Source: Angustibacter luteus
GTDB lineage: Bacteria; Actinomycetota; Actinomycetes; Actinomycetales; Angustibacteraceae
DNA length: 55,952 bases
Assembly (NCBI RefSeq): GCF_039541115.1
Contig: NZ_BAABFP010000002.1
Location: 1,240,001 to 1,295,952, forward strand
Direction of reading: 5' to 3'
Part shown: in pieces, positions 19,550 through 29,456 of the stretch
Layout: every line of letters begins with the position of its first letter
How positions within the stretch are numbered: the stretch's first letter is position 1
Notes under the pieces: generated by a model
What the model saw: only the letters and a program-made list of their open reading frames with translations
Told to the model about the DNA's origin: nothing
Database searches by the model: none
Position numbers and translations under genes: made by a program

Positions 19550-20971
19550 TCAGCCCCGCGGGTCGGCCGACCGGTCGGTCGGGCCGGCAACCGGCCCGAC
19601 CCGAGGGTGGACGAGCGCCCGCCCGGTGCGGACGGGCGAGCGCCGGGCGGCGCGCAGCACCCGGGCGACCGTCGACGGCCGCATCAGCGCGGACGGCGGC
19701 TCCACCAGCTGCAGGACCCGGTTGAACCGCCGGGCCACGGCCACGTCGGTGTGGCTGGCCAGCAGGACCCGCAGGACGTAGCGGTTGACCAGGTCGGTTC
19801 CCGGCGCCTTCGGACCCTGGGTCAGCGGGTGCAGGAAGTCGGCGCCGACCGCGATGGACCACGGCGCGTCCAGGATCTTCGCCGCCCGCCGGTGGAACCT
19901 CCGCGGCAGCTCCGGCGAACCCGGCGGCAGCGTCCGCAGCAGCTCGCCCAACGACGCGGCCTGCAACGCAGCGCAAGCCATGCCCTGCCCGTAGACCGGA
20001 TCGAAGCTGCAGGCCGCATCGCCCACGACGACGAGCCCCGGCAGCAGGTCCGGCACCTTCTCGTAGTGCCGGCGACGGCTGGCCGGGAACCGGTAGTGCG
20101 CGACCGGCGAGACCCGCTCGCACCGTTCGACGACCTGGGCGACGCCCGGGCTGAGCAGGGTGCGGGTGAACGCGCGGAAGCCCTCGTCGTCCGTCGGCGG
20201 CGGGTCGCCGTGCACCCCCGCCAGCGTGACCATCCACCGGTCGCCCTCGACCGGCAGGACCGCGCCGATCCGGTAGCTGCGCGGCGGGGTCGGCCCGCAC
20301 ACGAGGAACCCGCCGTCCAGGTCGTCCGGGCCGCGGGCGAGCAGGCACGACGCGTACGCGCAGTCGATGCTCACCAGCGAGACCGGGGGCGCCAGCACCC
20401 CGGACGACTCCAGGTCGTGCGCGATCCGCGAGCTCCGCCCCGAGCAGTCCGCGACCAGGTCGGCCGGGCGTACCTCGACGCCGGACCCGGCAGCCACCTC
20501 GACGCCGGCCACCCGCCGTCCCTGCCGGTGCACCCGGTCGACCCGGACGCCGTCCTCGATCCGCACGTTCGGCACGTCGGCCAGCCGTCGCCGGACGGTC
20601 TGCTCCAGCAGCGGTCGGGTCATGCTCATCAGCACCGTGCCCCAGTCGCCCCGCGCCCGGTAGGCACCCTGCTGGAAGAACCAGGCCCGGGTGCCGTCGA
20701 CCCGCACCGCCCCGGCCGCCTCGAGCTCGGCGTCGATGCCGGGGAACCACGCGCAGAGCTGGTCCAGCCCGGCCGCGAGCAGCAGGTGCAGGTGGCGTCC
20801 CTGCGGCACGTGGCCGCGCGGGTGCGGCGGCTCGTCCGCCGCGTCGGTCAGCCGCTCACGCTCGAGGACCAGGACGTCGTCCACCCGGTCGGCGAGCGCC
20901 CGGGCGGTCAGCATCCCGGCGATGCTCGCGCCGACGACGATCGCGCTGGTGCCCGCGCCGACCGCCGCCAT
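19550..20971 (-). CDS. FAD-dependent monooxygenase/oxidoreductase
   Basis: AIVVGASIAGML.A, ERE, VPQGRHLH, ADCSGR, GDAACSFDPVYGQGM. Confidence 0.87.
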   Translation of the reverse strand: MAAVGAGTSAIVVGASIAGMLTARALADRVDDVLVLERERLTDAADEPPHPRGHVPQGRHLHLLLAAGLDQLCAWFPGIDAELEAAGAVRVDGTRAWFFQQGAYRARGDWGTVLMSMTRPLLEQTVRRRLADVPNVRIEDGVRVDRVHRQGRRVAGVEVAAGSGVEVRPADLVADCSGRSSRIAHDLESSGVLAPPVSLVSIDCAYASCLLARGPDDLDGGFLVCGPTPPRSYRIGAVLPVEGDRWMVTLAGVHGDPPPTDDEGFRAFTRTLLSPGVAQVVERCERVSPVAHYRFPASRRRHYEKVPDLLPGLVVVGDAACSFDPVYGQGMACAALQAASLGELLRTLPPGSPELPRRFHRRAAKILDAPWSIAVGADFLHPLTQGPKAPGTDLVNRYVLRVLLASHTDVAVARRFNRVLQLVEPPSALMRPSTVARVLRAARRSPVRTGRALVHPRVGPVAGPTDRSADPRG

Positions 20972-20977
20972 GGTGGG

Positions 20978-22267
20978 TCACTCCTCGAGCAGGTCGTGCC
21001 GGCTGATGATCTCGTCGCGCCCGGGGCCGACTCCGATGGCCGACACCCGCTGGCCGATCATCTGCTCGACGGTCTCGACGTAGCGCTGCGCGTTGACCGG
21101 CAGCTCCTCGAAGGTGCGGCACCCGCTGATGTCCTCCCACCAGCCGGGCAGGTCCTCGTAGATCGGCGTGGCGTGGTGGAAGTCGCTCTGGGTCATCGGC
21201 ATCTCGTCGTGCCGGACGCCGTCCACGTCGTACGCGACGCAGATCTTCAGCGTCTCGATACCGCTGAGGGTGTCCAGCTTGGTGATGACGAAGTCGGTCA
21301 CGCCGTTGACGCGGTTGGCGTACCGGCCGATCACGACGTCCAGCCAGCCGCAGCGGCGCGGGCGGCCCGTCGTCGTCCCGTACTCGCCGCCGGTCTTGCG
21401 CAGGTGCTCGCCCATGTCGTCGAGCAGCTCGGTGGGGAACGGGCCCTCGCCGACGCGGGTCGTGTAGGCCTTGAGGATGGCCACGACGCGGTCGATCCGG
21501 TTCGGCGGGATGCCGGACCCGGTGCACGCGCCGCCGGACGTCGCGTTGGACGACGTCACGAACGGGTAGGTGCCGTGGTCGACGTCCAGCAAGGTGGCCT
21601 GGCCGGCCTCGAGCAGCACGGTCTTGCCGGCGTCCAGCGCCTGGCCCAGCAGCAGCCCGGTGTCGGCGACCATGGGCCGCAGCGCGTCCCGGTGCTCGGT
21701 GAGCTCCTCGACGACCTCGTCGACGGTGATGGCCCGCCGGTTGTAGATCTTGGCCAGCACCTGGTTCTTGAGCTCGAGGGCACCCTCGACCTTCTGCCGC
21801 AGGATGCCTTCGTCGAACAGGTCCTGGACGCGGATGCCGATGCGGTTCATCTTGTCCGCGTACGTCGGGCCGATGCCGCGCCCGGTGGTGCCGATCTTGC
21901 GGCTGCCCAGGAAGCGCTCGGTCACCTTGTCGAGCGTGCGGTTGTACGGCGCGATGACGTGGGCGTCCGCGCTGATCACCAGCTTGGTGGTGTCGATGCC
22001 GCGCGCGTTCAGGCCCTCGAGCTCCTCGAACAGCACGGACAGGTCGACGACGACGCCGTTGCCGATGACGGGGGTGCAGGTGGGCGTGAGGATGCCGGAG
22101 GGCAGCAGGTGCAGCGCGTACTTCTCGCCTTCGATGACCACGGTGTGGCCGGCGTTGTTGCCACCGTTGAACTTGACCACGTAGTCGACGCGGCTGCCGA
22201 GCAGGTCCGTCGCCTTGCCCTTGCCCTCGTCGCCCCACTGGGCACCGACGAGCACGATCGCGGGCAT
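20978..22267 (-). CDS. purA: Adenylosuccinate synthase
   Basis: [58 protein letters not shown]. Confidence 0.98.
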   Translation of the reverse strand: MPAIVLVGAQWGDEGKGKATDLLGSRVDYVVKFNGGNNAGHTVVIEGEKYALHLLPSGILTPTCTPVIGNGVVVDLSVLFEELEGLNARGIDTTKLVISADAHVIAPYNRTLDKVTERFLGSRKIGTTGRGIGPTYADKMNRIGIRVQDLFDEGILRQKVEGALELKNQVLAKIYNRRAITVDEVVEELTEHRDALRPMVADTGLLLGQALDAGKTVLLEAGQATLLDVDHGTYPFVTSSNATSGGACTGSGIPPNRIDRVVAILKAYTTRVGEGPFPTELLDDMGEHLRKTGGEYGTTTGRPRRCGWLDVVIGRYANRVNGVTDFVITKLDTLSGIETLKICVAYDVDGVRHDEMPMTQSDFHHATPIYEDLPGWWEDISGCRTFEELPVNAQRYVETVEQMIGQRVSAIGVGPGRDEIISRHDLLEE

Positions 22268-22353
22268 GCTGACACCAACTTCCTTCACCGGGGCCGGACG
22301 CCCGCGCAGTGCGCCCGGACGCAGCGAGGTTACCGAACCTCGGCCGAGCGCGT

Positions 22354-23334
22354 TCAGCGGCGACCGAGCAGACCCCGCCGCTCGGCCACGACGCCGAGCT
22401 GGAAGCGCGAGTGCACGCTGAGGTCGTCCATCAGGTTGGCGACCCGGCGGCGCACCGTGCGCACCCCGATCCCCAGGTACCGGGCGATCGCCTCGTCCTT
22501 GAAACCGCTGGCCAGCAACGAGAGCAGGCGCGTGTCGGCGTCCTGCTCGATGTACTCGTCCGGGACCGTGATGCCGCTGGCCCAGGCGTCGTCGAAGACC
22601 GCGGTGAACGCGGCGACCAGCAGCGGCAGCCGGATCAGCACGGCGGACGACGCGGTGCCACCCCAGGTCGGGGCCGAGATGACGCAGGCGTCACCGAGCA
22701 CCGCGTACTCCGAGGGCACCTTGTCGACCAGCCGCTGGCGCTCGCCGAGACTGGCCCAGTCCCGCACCCAGGCCAGGTGCTGCGGGTCATCCAGGACCGA
22801 GATCGGGTAGATGGACCGCTGCTCGCGGCCGCGGGCCAGGTCCTCGCGGGCCCGGCTGTCGACGCCGGAGTCCGCCGCGGCGCCGGCGGCCACGTCGAGG
22901 TGGAAGCTGCGGATCGGGCCGGACGTCGTCCGCAGCATCTCCTCCACCGTGCCGGCCAAGGAGTCGGCGGGGATGACGTCGAGCGAGGTGGGGTCGAGGA
23001 CGTCACTGCGGCCGGCCAGGTGGTCGGCCGAGAACTCGCTCATCGCCGCGGCGACCTCCTCGAGCTCGCGCCGGCGCAGGTTGAGCCGGGCGTTCTCGCG
23101 GTCCACGAGCCGGGTGAGGGCGGCGCGGGGGTGCGGGGCGATCAGCGAGGCGTCGAGGTCCTGCCGGATCAGGCGGAGCTCGATGAGCGGCAGCAGCGCG
23201 GACCGGGCCCGCTCCAGCGGCCAGTCGAGCGCCTCCGCGTGCTGCTCGAGGCGCAGCCCGTCCTGGCGCAGGACACGTCGGTAGAGCCGGTCCGACTCGT
23301 CGCCGATGCCGAACGTCGTGAGGACGGTGCTCAT
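22354..23334 (-). CDS. Transcriptional regulator with N-terminal TrmB-like wHTH and C-terminal LuxR-type HTH
   Basis: N-terminal 'FGI...RLYR.VL', and C-terminal [44 protein letters not shown]. Confidence 0.85.
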   Translation of the reverse strand: MSTVLTTFGIGDESDRLYRRVLRQDGLRLEQHAEALDWPLERARSALLPLIELRLIRQDLDASLIAPHPRAALTRLVDRENARLNLRRRELEEVAAAMSEFSADHLAGRSDVLDPTSLDVIPADSLAGTVEEMLRTTSGPIRSFHLDVAAGAAADSGVDSRAREDLARGREQRSIYPISVLDDPQHLAWVRDWASLGERQRLVDKVPSEYAVLGDACVISAPTWGGTASSAVLIRLPLLVAAFTAVFDDAWASGITVPDEYIEQDADTRLLSLLASGFKDEAIARYLGIGVRTVRRRVANLMDDLSVHSRFQLGVVAERRGLLGRR

Positions 23335-23396
23335 CGGGTGGGCCCTTCGCCGATGTGATCGCTAGGCGTGACACACAGCCCACCGATTGTCATATT

Positions 23397-23429
23397 TGGC
23401 ATCTTAGTGCCATTGGCAGGTAAGGGACA
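23397..23429. promoter_or_regulatory. Candidate operator TGGCA-N6-TGCCA plus an adjacent imperfect copy
   Basis: TGGCA-TCTTAG-TGCCA (23397-23412) followed by TGGCA-GGTAAG-GGACA, in an AT-rich patch upstream of the regulator. Confidence 0.5.
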
Positions 23430-23439
23430 GACAGAATGC

Positions 23440-23660
23440 CTATCGGGGATGCATCATCGTGGTGGCGAGAGCGCGGCCGGTGCAGGGGTCGGCCGCGAAC
23501 TCGGATCGCAGTCAGCATGGCGACCACGGGGTCGGACGGGACCGGGCAGTCCTTTCCAGACCATCAGGGACCGTACTCGCTGGGGGCAGATGCGATCAGG
23601 GGTCCCATCTGGGGACGCTGGAGCGCCGGCCCCGGATCATCCGGGGTCGGCGCTCTGCCG
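23440..23660 (+). ncRNA. Candidate multi-hairpin sRNA with repeated GGGG motifs, divergent from the TrmB-LuxR regulator
   Basis: Hairpins at 23472-23497, 23521-23534, about 23538-23552, 23602-23616 and 23621-23655; about 8 recurrences of C(A/T/G)GGG(G)-type runs; no short RBS-led ORF found. Strand inferred. Confidence 0.35.
23621..23655. terminator. Strong 16-bp hairpin (probable bidirectional terminator)
   Basis: GAGCGCCGGCCCCGGA-TCA-TCCGGGGTCGGCGCTC, about 30 bp past the DUF3151 stop. Confidence 0.7.
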
Positions 23661-23685
23661 TTGGCGCTCTGCCGTTGGCGTCGAC

Positions 23686-24093
23686 TCAGCCCAGCTCGCG
23701 GGCGGCCTGCGGGTCGCAGTCCGCCAGGAACGTCACGCAACGCTCGTGCTCGGCCGTCTCGTCGATCTCGCCCGCCGCGACCCCGAGGGCGTGCAGCGCG
23801 CGCAGGAAGCCACGGTTCGGCTCGTGCGACCACGGCACCGGGCCCTGACCGCGCCAGCCGCTGCGCCGCAACGCATCCAGCCCGCGGTGGTAGCCGGTGC
23901 GCGCGTAGGCGTACGCCTCGATCGTCCGGCCGCCGTCGAGCGCCTGCTCGGCCAGCACCGCCCAGGGCAGGCTGGACGCCGGGTACTCGGCGGCGAGGTT
24001 GGTGGGGGTTCGGCCGGCGGCGAGCTCGCGGGCAACGGTCAGCTCCGGCTCGTCGGCGAGCCTGGTCGGGGGGATGCCCAGCAGGTTGTCCAT
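23686..24093 (-). CDS. DUF3151 family protein
   Basis: AYAYARTGYHRGLDALRRSGWRGQGPVPWSHEPNRGFLRAL; usual position between fbaA and purA. Confidence 0.9.
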   Translation of the reverse strand: MDNLLGIPPTRLADEPELTVARELAAGRTPTNLAAEYPASSLPWAVLAEQALDGGRTIEAYAYARTGYHRGLDALRRSGWRGQGPVPWSHEPNRGFLRALHALGVAAGEIDETAEHERCVTFLADCDPQAARELG

Positions 24094-24229
24094 CCCGCCA
24101 TCCTGTCAGGAGCCTCCACCCCTCCCCCACCCGCCAAGCGCGCCGATGTTGATCACGTTCAGTGGGTCCAGACCTGCTTCTCGAGGCGAAGAACCCTTGC
24201 GAAGTGGACGCAACCCTCGAGAAGTGCGC

Positions 24230-25195
24230 CTACCTCACCCACCGCCGCTCGGCACGCCCCCGGCCGCCGACGACGAGCCGACCCAACCGCGGCAGATCAT
24301 GGACGTCGGCCCAGCCGAACCGGACGACGCCCCAGCTCGCCCGCTCGATCGCCAGCTCGCGTCGCCGCTCCCGCCAGGCGACGTCCGACGCGGTCTCGCC
24401 CGGCTTCACTAGGCGTCCGTACTTGATCTTCCCGTCGAACTCGCCCACCAACCGCCACCGGATCCAGGCGAAGTCGACTCGGACGACCCCTTCGTCGGTG
24501 CGGATCTCGAGCTGGAGCTCGTCGGGTGCCAGGTCGAGCTGGTGCAGGGCCCAGCGCGCCAGGCTCTCGCCCGGCGACTCCGCTCGGCCGTCCGCCAGTG
24601 GCAGGACCCGGGACGCCCGCCGCGCACCGGGCCAGTCCATGCAGGCCTCGAGGTCACGACGCACCTGCTCCTGGGTGACGCCTCGCGCGCAGGCGGCGTC
24701 CGCGATCACCAGCGCACTGGCCGGCGAGGCGACGCGGGCGACGTCCAGGCTCGTGCGCGCCAGGTCCGACACCGGCAGGCCGTCCACCGTTCGCACGCGT
24801 TCGGTGGTCAGCGCCCCGACGTGGTGCCACACGCCCCCCTCGTGACGCCCGGATGACGCCCCGTCCGGGTGGGTGACGTGCACCTCGCTCAGGTCCAGGT
24901 CGTACGCCGGCAGCCCGTGCACCATCGCTGCACTCGTGTGCGAGAACGCGATGGGACTGCGCAGCGTCAGGTGCGCCGCGCGGGCCTGCAGGACGTGGCG
25001 GCCCGCGGCGTCCGCCTCTGTCACGAACCGGCTGGGTGCGAACACTCCACGCCGCAGGCGGACCCAGTGACCGTCCGCCAGACCGCGCTGGATCTCGCGC
25101 GGGTGCATCCCGACGTCCAGTGCCTGGGCCGTGGTGAAGACACCGCGCTGCGCGGCGACGACGGCATCGAGGCGGGGGTAAGGCAGTCCGGTCAT
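24230..25195 (-). CDS. AbiEi-antitoxin-like N-terminal wHTH protein with C-terminal Vsr/DUF559-like nuclease domain
   Basis: QRGVFTTAQA...WVRLRRGVF; SHTSAAMVHGL; VDGLPVSDLARTSLDVAR; AESPGESLAR; RVDFAW...GEFDGKIKY; ERRRE...WGVVRFGWADV. Confidence 0.85.
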   Translation of the reverse strand: MTGLPYPRLDAVVAAQRGVFTTAQALDVGMHPREIQRGLADGHWVRLRRGVFAPSRFVTEADAAGRHVLQARAAHLTLRSPIAFSHTSAAMVHGLPAYDLDLSEVHVTHPDGASSGRHEGGVWHHVGALTTERVRTVDGLPVSDLARTSLDVARVASPASALVIADAACARGVTQEQVRRDLEACMDWPGARRASRVLPLADGRAESPGESLARWALHQLDLAPDELQLEIRTDEGVVRVDFAWIRWRLVGEFDGKIKYGRLVKPGETASDVAWRERRRELAIERASWGVVRFGWADVHDLPRLGRLVVGGRGRAERRWVR

Positions 25196-25245
25196 CCGGA
25201 CAGGGTCGCCGCCCAGAGCGCGGTCGCGTAGGCCTCTACCGGCAT

Positions 25246-25286
25246 CTGTGGACGACGGGACGGGCCGGGCTTCCTGTGGACGACGG
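25246..25286. promoter_or_regulatory. 13-bp direct repeat pair upstream of the AbiEi-like gene
   Basis: CTGTGGACGACGG at 25246-25258 and 25274-25286. Confidence 0.5.
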
Positions 25287-25420
25287 CACCGCCCCCGGCC
25301 GCCAGCGACGAGGACCCCAAGGGCTGCTGTCACTTCTCGAGGGTTGTTCACCTCGAGAAGCGGGTCTAGACCCACTGAACGTGATCAACAGCGGGGGCGG
25401 AGCACGCCGGGGGGCAGGTG

Positions 25421-26107
25421 TCAGGAGGGGACGCCCAGCCCGTGCAGGGCCTTGACCAGGAACCACAGCCCGAACACCAGGCCCAGCGTCATGACGAGGA
25501 TGCGGTTCTTGGCGACCAGCCAGCCGACGATCTTGTCCAGCAGCGCCGCGGAGCGGACGGGCGAGACGAAGCCGATCGCCAGCAGCGCCAGCAGGGTCGA
25601 CTCGCCGAGGGCGATGAACAGCGCGAACGAGAGCACGCGCTCGGCGAGGGGCAGGCCAGCGCCGGCGATGGCCGAGACGGCGCCGACGGTGAAGACCCAG
25701 AACTTCACGCTGAGCAGGATCATCGCGATGCCGATGCCGAACGCGTTCGCCGGCGAGATCCGGTCGACGACGCTGAGCCACCGCGGCGGGGGCCCATCGG
25801 GGTCACCGTGCTTGAGGGCGGCCCCGAGCGCCGACAGCAGCATCGTCAGGGACACCAGCAGCAAGATGAACGACGCCACCGCGCCCGGCCCGTCGTCGGC
25901 GTCCTCGGCGATGGCGCTGCTGGTGTGCAGCAGCAACGCGAAGATCAGACCCTGGAAGACGCGCGCGCCCGTCATGCCCAGGACCCACGCGAACGCCTTC
26001 GGACGGCCGTTCTCGGCGCGCAGCAGCAGGATCGTGACCACGCTCTGCACCGGGACGAGGGCGCAGCCGAGGATCAGCGGGATGAGCGTGCCCCAGAGAC
26101 TGAACAC
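25421..26107 (-). CDS. GAP/Sap-family (glycolipid-addressing) membrane protein
   Basis: Six hydrophobic segments; 'ALVPV...ILLL....G...A.AWVLG', PPRWL, and 'GWL..KNR.L..TL.LVFG..FL.KAL.GL'. Confidence 0.7.
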   Translation of the reverse strand: MFSLWGTLIPLILGCALVPVQSVVTILLLRAENGRPKAFAWVLGMTGARVFQGLIFALLLHTSSAIAEDADDGPGAVASFILLLVSLTMLLSALGAALKHGDPDGPPPRWLSVVDRISPANAFGIGIAMILLSVKFWVFTVGAVSAIAGAGLPLAERVLSFALFIALGESTLLALLAIGFVSPVRSAALLDKIVGWLVAKNRILVMTLGLVFGLWFLVKALHGLGVPS

Positions 26108-26135
26108 CCCGCCTCCATCCGCCGTACGTCGGGGG

Positions 26136-27167
26136 TCAGCGCTGCCGCTGGCCGGCGCTGCGCAGGTTCTGGCAGGCCTCCACGACGCGCGCGGCCATGC
26201 CGCCCTCGGCGGCCTTGCCCCAGGCGCGCGGGTCGTAGGCCTTCTTGTTGCCGACCTCGCCGTCCACCTTCAGCACGCCGTCGTAGTTCTGGAACATGTG
26301 CGCGGCCGCCGGGCGGGTGAAGGCGTACTGGGTGTCCGTGTCGACGTTCATCTTCACGACGCCGTAGTCGACCGCGTCCGAGATCTCGGACGGGAGCGAT
26401 CCGGACCCGCCGTGGAAGACCAGGTCGAACGGCTTGGACCCGGCGTCCAGGCCCTTGGCGGACGCGACCGCGTCCTGCGCCTGCTTGAGGATCTCGGGGC
26501 GCAGCTTCACGTTGCCCGGCTTGTAGACGCCGTGCACGTTCCCGAACGTCAGGGCCGTCATGTAGCGGCCGTTCTCGCCCAGGCCGAGCGCCTCGACGGT
26601 GGCGATCGCGTCCTCGGGCGTGGAGTACAGCTTGTCGTCGATCGCGCCGACGACGCCGTCCTCCTCGCCGCCGACCACGCCCACCTCGATCTCCAGGATG
26701 ATGTGCGCGGCGTGCGCGGCCTCGAGCAGCTCGCGGGCGATCTGCAGGTTCTCCTCCACCGGCACGGCGGACCCGTCCCACATGTGCGACTGGAACAGCG
26801 GCAGCTCGCCGCGCGCGACGCGCTCGCGCGAGATCGCCAGCAGCGGCCGGACGAACCCGTCGAGCTTGTCCTTCGGGCAGTGGTCCGTGTGCAGGGCGAT
26901 CTGCACGTCGTAGTTCTTGGCCACCTCGTAGGCGTACGCGGCGAGCGCGACCGAGCCGGTCACCATGTCCTTCACCGTCGAGCCGGACAGGTACTCGGCA
27001 CCACCGGTCGAGACCTGCACGATGCCGTCGCTCTCCGCCTCCGCGAAGCCCTGGATCGCCGCGATCAGCGTCTGCGACGAGCTGACGTTGATCGCCGGGT
27101 AGGCGAAACCGCCAGACTTGGCGCGGTCGAGCATCTCGGCGTACGACTCGGGCGTTGCGATGGGCAT
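26136..27167 (-). CDS. fbaA: Class II fructose-bisphosphate aldolase
   Basis: FAYPAINV, ALHTDHC, FQSHMWDGS, GGEEDG, FGNVHGVYKPGNV, VFHGGSG, KMNVDTD, NKKAYDPR. Confidence 0.98.
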   Translation of the reverse strand: MPIATPESYAEMLDRAKSGGFAYPAINVSSSQTLIAAIQGFAEAESDGIVQVSTGGAEYLSGSTVKDMVTGSVALAAYAYEVAKNYDVQIALHTDHCPKDKLDGFVRPLLAISRERVARGELPLFQSHMWDGSAVPVEENLQIARELLEAAHAAHIILEIEVGVVGGEEDGVVGAIDDKLYSTPEDAIATVEALGLGENGRYMTALTFGNVHGVYKPGNVKLRPEILKQAQDAVASAKGLDAGSKPFDLVFHGGSGSLPSEISDAVDYGVVKMNVDTDTQYAFTRPAAAHMFQNYDGVLKVDGEVGNKKAYDPRAWGKAAEGGMAARVVEACQNLRSAGQRQR

Positions 27168-27247
27168 CAAGGCTCCTGGAGGGTCGTGGCACGGTCACGG
27201 TGCGGCCTGGCTAGAACCTATTGGACGGCGCGAGCGCAGGTCGAGTG

Positions 27248-28609
27248 CTAGAGGGTGGCGGCGAGCTTCTTGCAGGCGATGGCGACCGGGTCCCAGGTGG
27301 GTGAGAACGGCGGGCAGTAGGCGAGGTCGGCCTCGGCGACGTCCGCCGCCGTGAGCCCGGACCACAGCGCCATCGCGAGGACGTCGATCCGCTTGCCCGC
27401 GCCGCGTCCGCCGACGATCTGGCCACCGAGCAGCCGTCCGGTACCCCGCTCGCCGACGACGCGCACCGTGATCGGGTCGGCCTCGGGCATGTAGCCCGCC
27501 GCGGTGGTGGACTCGACGCTCACCTCGTCGACGTCCCAGCCGCGCTCGCGGGCCCACGACGCCAGGACGCCGGTCCGCGCCACCTCGGCCGCGCCGGCGC
27601 GGGTGATCGCGGTGCCGACCGAGCCGGCGAAGCGGGCCGAGCCGCCACCGATGTTGGTACCGGCCACCTTCCCGGCCTTGTTCGCGTGGGTGCCCAGCGG
27701 CGTGTACCAGTGCTGCTCGAGCACCCGGTCCCAGACCTCGCAGCAGTCCCCGGCCGCCCACACGCCGTCGGCCACGCGCTGCGTGTCGTCCGGCACCAGC
27801 CCGTCGTGCTCGCCGAGGGGCAGCCCGGCCGCTCGGGCCAGGGCCACCCGCGGCCGGACGCCGATCGCGAGCGCCACCGCGTCCGCCTGGTGCTCCACGC
27901 CGCTCACGCAGGCCGCGCTGATCCCGCCGTCGCGCTGCTCGAGGCCGGACACCTCGACCCCGGTGACCACCTCGACGCCGAGGTCCTCGAGCCCGCGGCG
28001 CACCAGGGCGCCCATCGCCGGGTCGAGCGAGTGCGCCATCGGCTCGTCGCTGCGGGTGACGAGGAGCGTGCGCACTCCGCGTTTGGCGAAGGACTCGGCG
28101 GCCTCGACGCCGATGAACCCGCCGCCGACCACGAGCACCCGCTCCGGTGCCTTGCCGTCGGTCGCGGCCAGCAGCCGGCGCCAGGCGGTGCCGTCGTCCA
28201 GCGTCTTCAGCTGCATCACCGCGGGGACGCCGCGGGCCCAGTCCGGCACGATCGGCTCGGCGCCGGTACCGATCATCAGCTCGTCGAAGCCGACCCGCTC
28301 GCTGCCGGCGTCGGTGCGCACGACGACGGCCCGCGCGTCCAGGTCGAGCTCGGTCACCGTCGAGCCGAGCCGCAGGTCGATGCCGTTGGCCCGGTGCTGG
28401 TCCGCCGTGCGCGCGACGAGCGCGTCGGCGCTCTCGACGTCCCCGGCGACCCAGTAGGGGATCCCGCACTGGCTGTACGACACGTGGTCGGTGGACTCGA
28501 GGGCGATCACCTCGAGCTCCTGCCCGCGCTTGGCCGCCACCCGCAGGGCCTGGCTCGCCGCACTCATGCCGGCGGCGTCGGCCCCGATCACGACCAGTCG
28601 TCTCGTCAT
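27248..28609 (-). CDS. FAD-dependent pyridine nucleotide-disulfide oxidoreductase (CoA-disulfide reductase/NADH oxidase family)
   Basis: [11 protein letters not shown], redox Cys motif [31 protein letters not shown]. Confidence 0.9.
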   Translation of the reverse strand: MTRRLVVIGADAAGMSAASQALRVAAKRGQELEVIALESTDHVSYSQCGIPYWVAGDVESADALVARTADQHRANGIDLRLGSTVTELDLDARAVVVRTDAGSERVGFDELMIGTGAEPIVPDWARGVPAVMQLKTLDDGTAWRRLLAATDGKAPERVLVVGGGFIGVEAAESFAKRGVRTLLVTRSDEPMAHSLDPAMGALVRRGLEDLGVEVVTGVEVSGLEQRDGGISAACVSGVEHQADAVALAIGVRPRVALARAAGLPLGEHDGLVPDDTQRVADGVWAAGDCCEVWDRVLEQHWYTPLGTHANKAGKVAGTNIGGGSARFAGSVGTAITRAGAAEVARTGVLASWARERGWDVDEVSVESTTAAGYMPEADPITVRVVGERGTGRLLGGQIVGGRGAGKRIDVLAMALWSGLTAADVAEADLAYCPPFSPTWDPVAIACKKLAATL

Positions 28610-28648
28610 GCCCGCGACGCTATCCGGCGGTGCTGTCACCATGGGCCC

Positions 28649-29455
28649 ATGACGAGCCCGAAGCCGGTCGAGTGCTGGCTCACCGACATGGACGGCGTGC
28701 TGGTGCACGAGGAGCACGTGATCCCCGGTGCGCCCGAGTTCATCGCGGCGCTGCAGACGTCCGGGCGGCGCTTCCTGGTGCTGACCAACAACTCGATCTA
28801 CACCCCGCGCGACCTCAAGGCGCGGCTGCTGCGGAGCGGGATCGACCTGCCCGAGGAGTCGATCTGGACGTCGGCGCTGGCGACCGCGCAGTTCCTGGAC
28901 GGCCAGCGGCCGGGCGGCAGCGCGTACGTGATCGGCGAGGCCGGGCTGACCACGGCGCTGCACGACGTCGGTTACACGCTGACCGAGCGCGACCCGGACT
29001 ACGTGGTGCTCGGCGAGACGCGCACCTACTCGTTCGAGGGCATCACCCGGGCGATCCGGCTGATCGAGGCGGGGGCGCGGTTCATCGCCACCAACCCGGA
29101 CGCCAGCGGGCCGTCCACCGAGGGCTCGCTGCCGGCCACCGGCTCGGTCGCCGCGCTGATCACCCGGGCGACCGGCGTCGAGCCGTACTACGTCGGCAAG
29201 CCGAACCCGCTGATGATGCGCAGCGCGCTGAACCGGATCGACGCGCACTCGGAGTCGACGGTGATGATCGGCGACCGGATGGACACCGACGTGATCAGCG
29301 GGCTCGAGGCCGGGCTGCGGACGATCCTGGTGCTGACCGGGTCGACGAAGGCCGAGGCGGTGGACCGTTTCCCGTACCGCCCGACGCGCGTCGTCGACTC
29401 GATAGCGGACGTCGTCCCGCTGGTGGGGCAGTTCCAGCCCGTGGACCAGGGCTGA
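28649..29455 (+). CDS. HAD-IIA hydrolase (NagD-like)
   Basis: [36 protein letters not shown]. Confidence 0.93.
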   Translation: MTSPKPVECWLTDMDGVLVHEEHVIPGAPEFIAALQTSGRRFLVLTNNSIYTPRDLKARLLRSGIDLPEESIWTSALATAQFLDGQRPGGSAYVIGEAGLTTALHDVGYTLTERDPDYVVLGETRTYSFEGITRAIRLIEAGARFIATNPDASGPSTEGSLPATGSVAALITRATGVEPYYVGKPNPLMMRSALNRIDAHSESTVMIGDRMDTDVISGLEAGLRTILVLTGSTKAEAVDRFPYRPTRVVDSIADVVPLVGQFQPVDQG

Positions 29456-29456
29456 G

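Larger units (their letters stand above)
24148..25389. mobile_element. Putative 1242-bp element: family A inverted repeats enclosing an AbiEi-like nuclease gene
   Basis: 24148-24206 and the reverse complement of 25331-25389 match at 53/59 nt, with the first 21 nt (GTTGATCACGTTCAGTGGGTC) identical. One ORF inside; no target-site duplication seen. Confidence 0.55.

Noticed and set aside
19145..22810. 1221-aa plus-strand ORF and many similar long ORFs (e.g. 25248..27251, 30578..32737, 51727..53577)
   Set aside because: They are antisense or off-frame shadows of well-supported genes (purA, fbaA, FAR, clpB), expected at this GC content, and show no recognisable motifs.
23649..23680. 14-bp tandem duplication GGCGCTCTGCCGTT
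   Set aside because: Only two copies at a hairpin edge, likely replication slippage; insufficient evidence for an att site or target duplication.
24230..25195. Canonical AbiE type IV toxin-antitoxin system
   Set aside because: No AbiEii nucleotidyltransferase gene is adjacent; the neighbours are DUF3151 and a GAP membrane protein.
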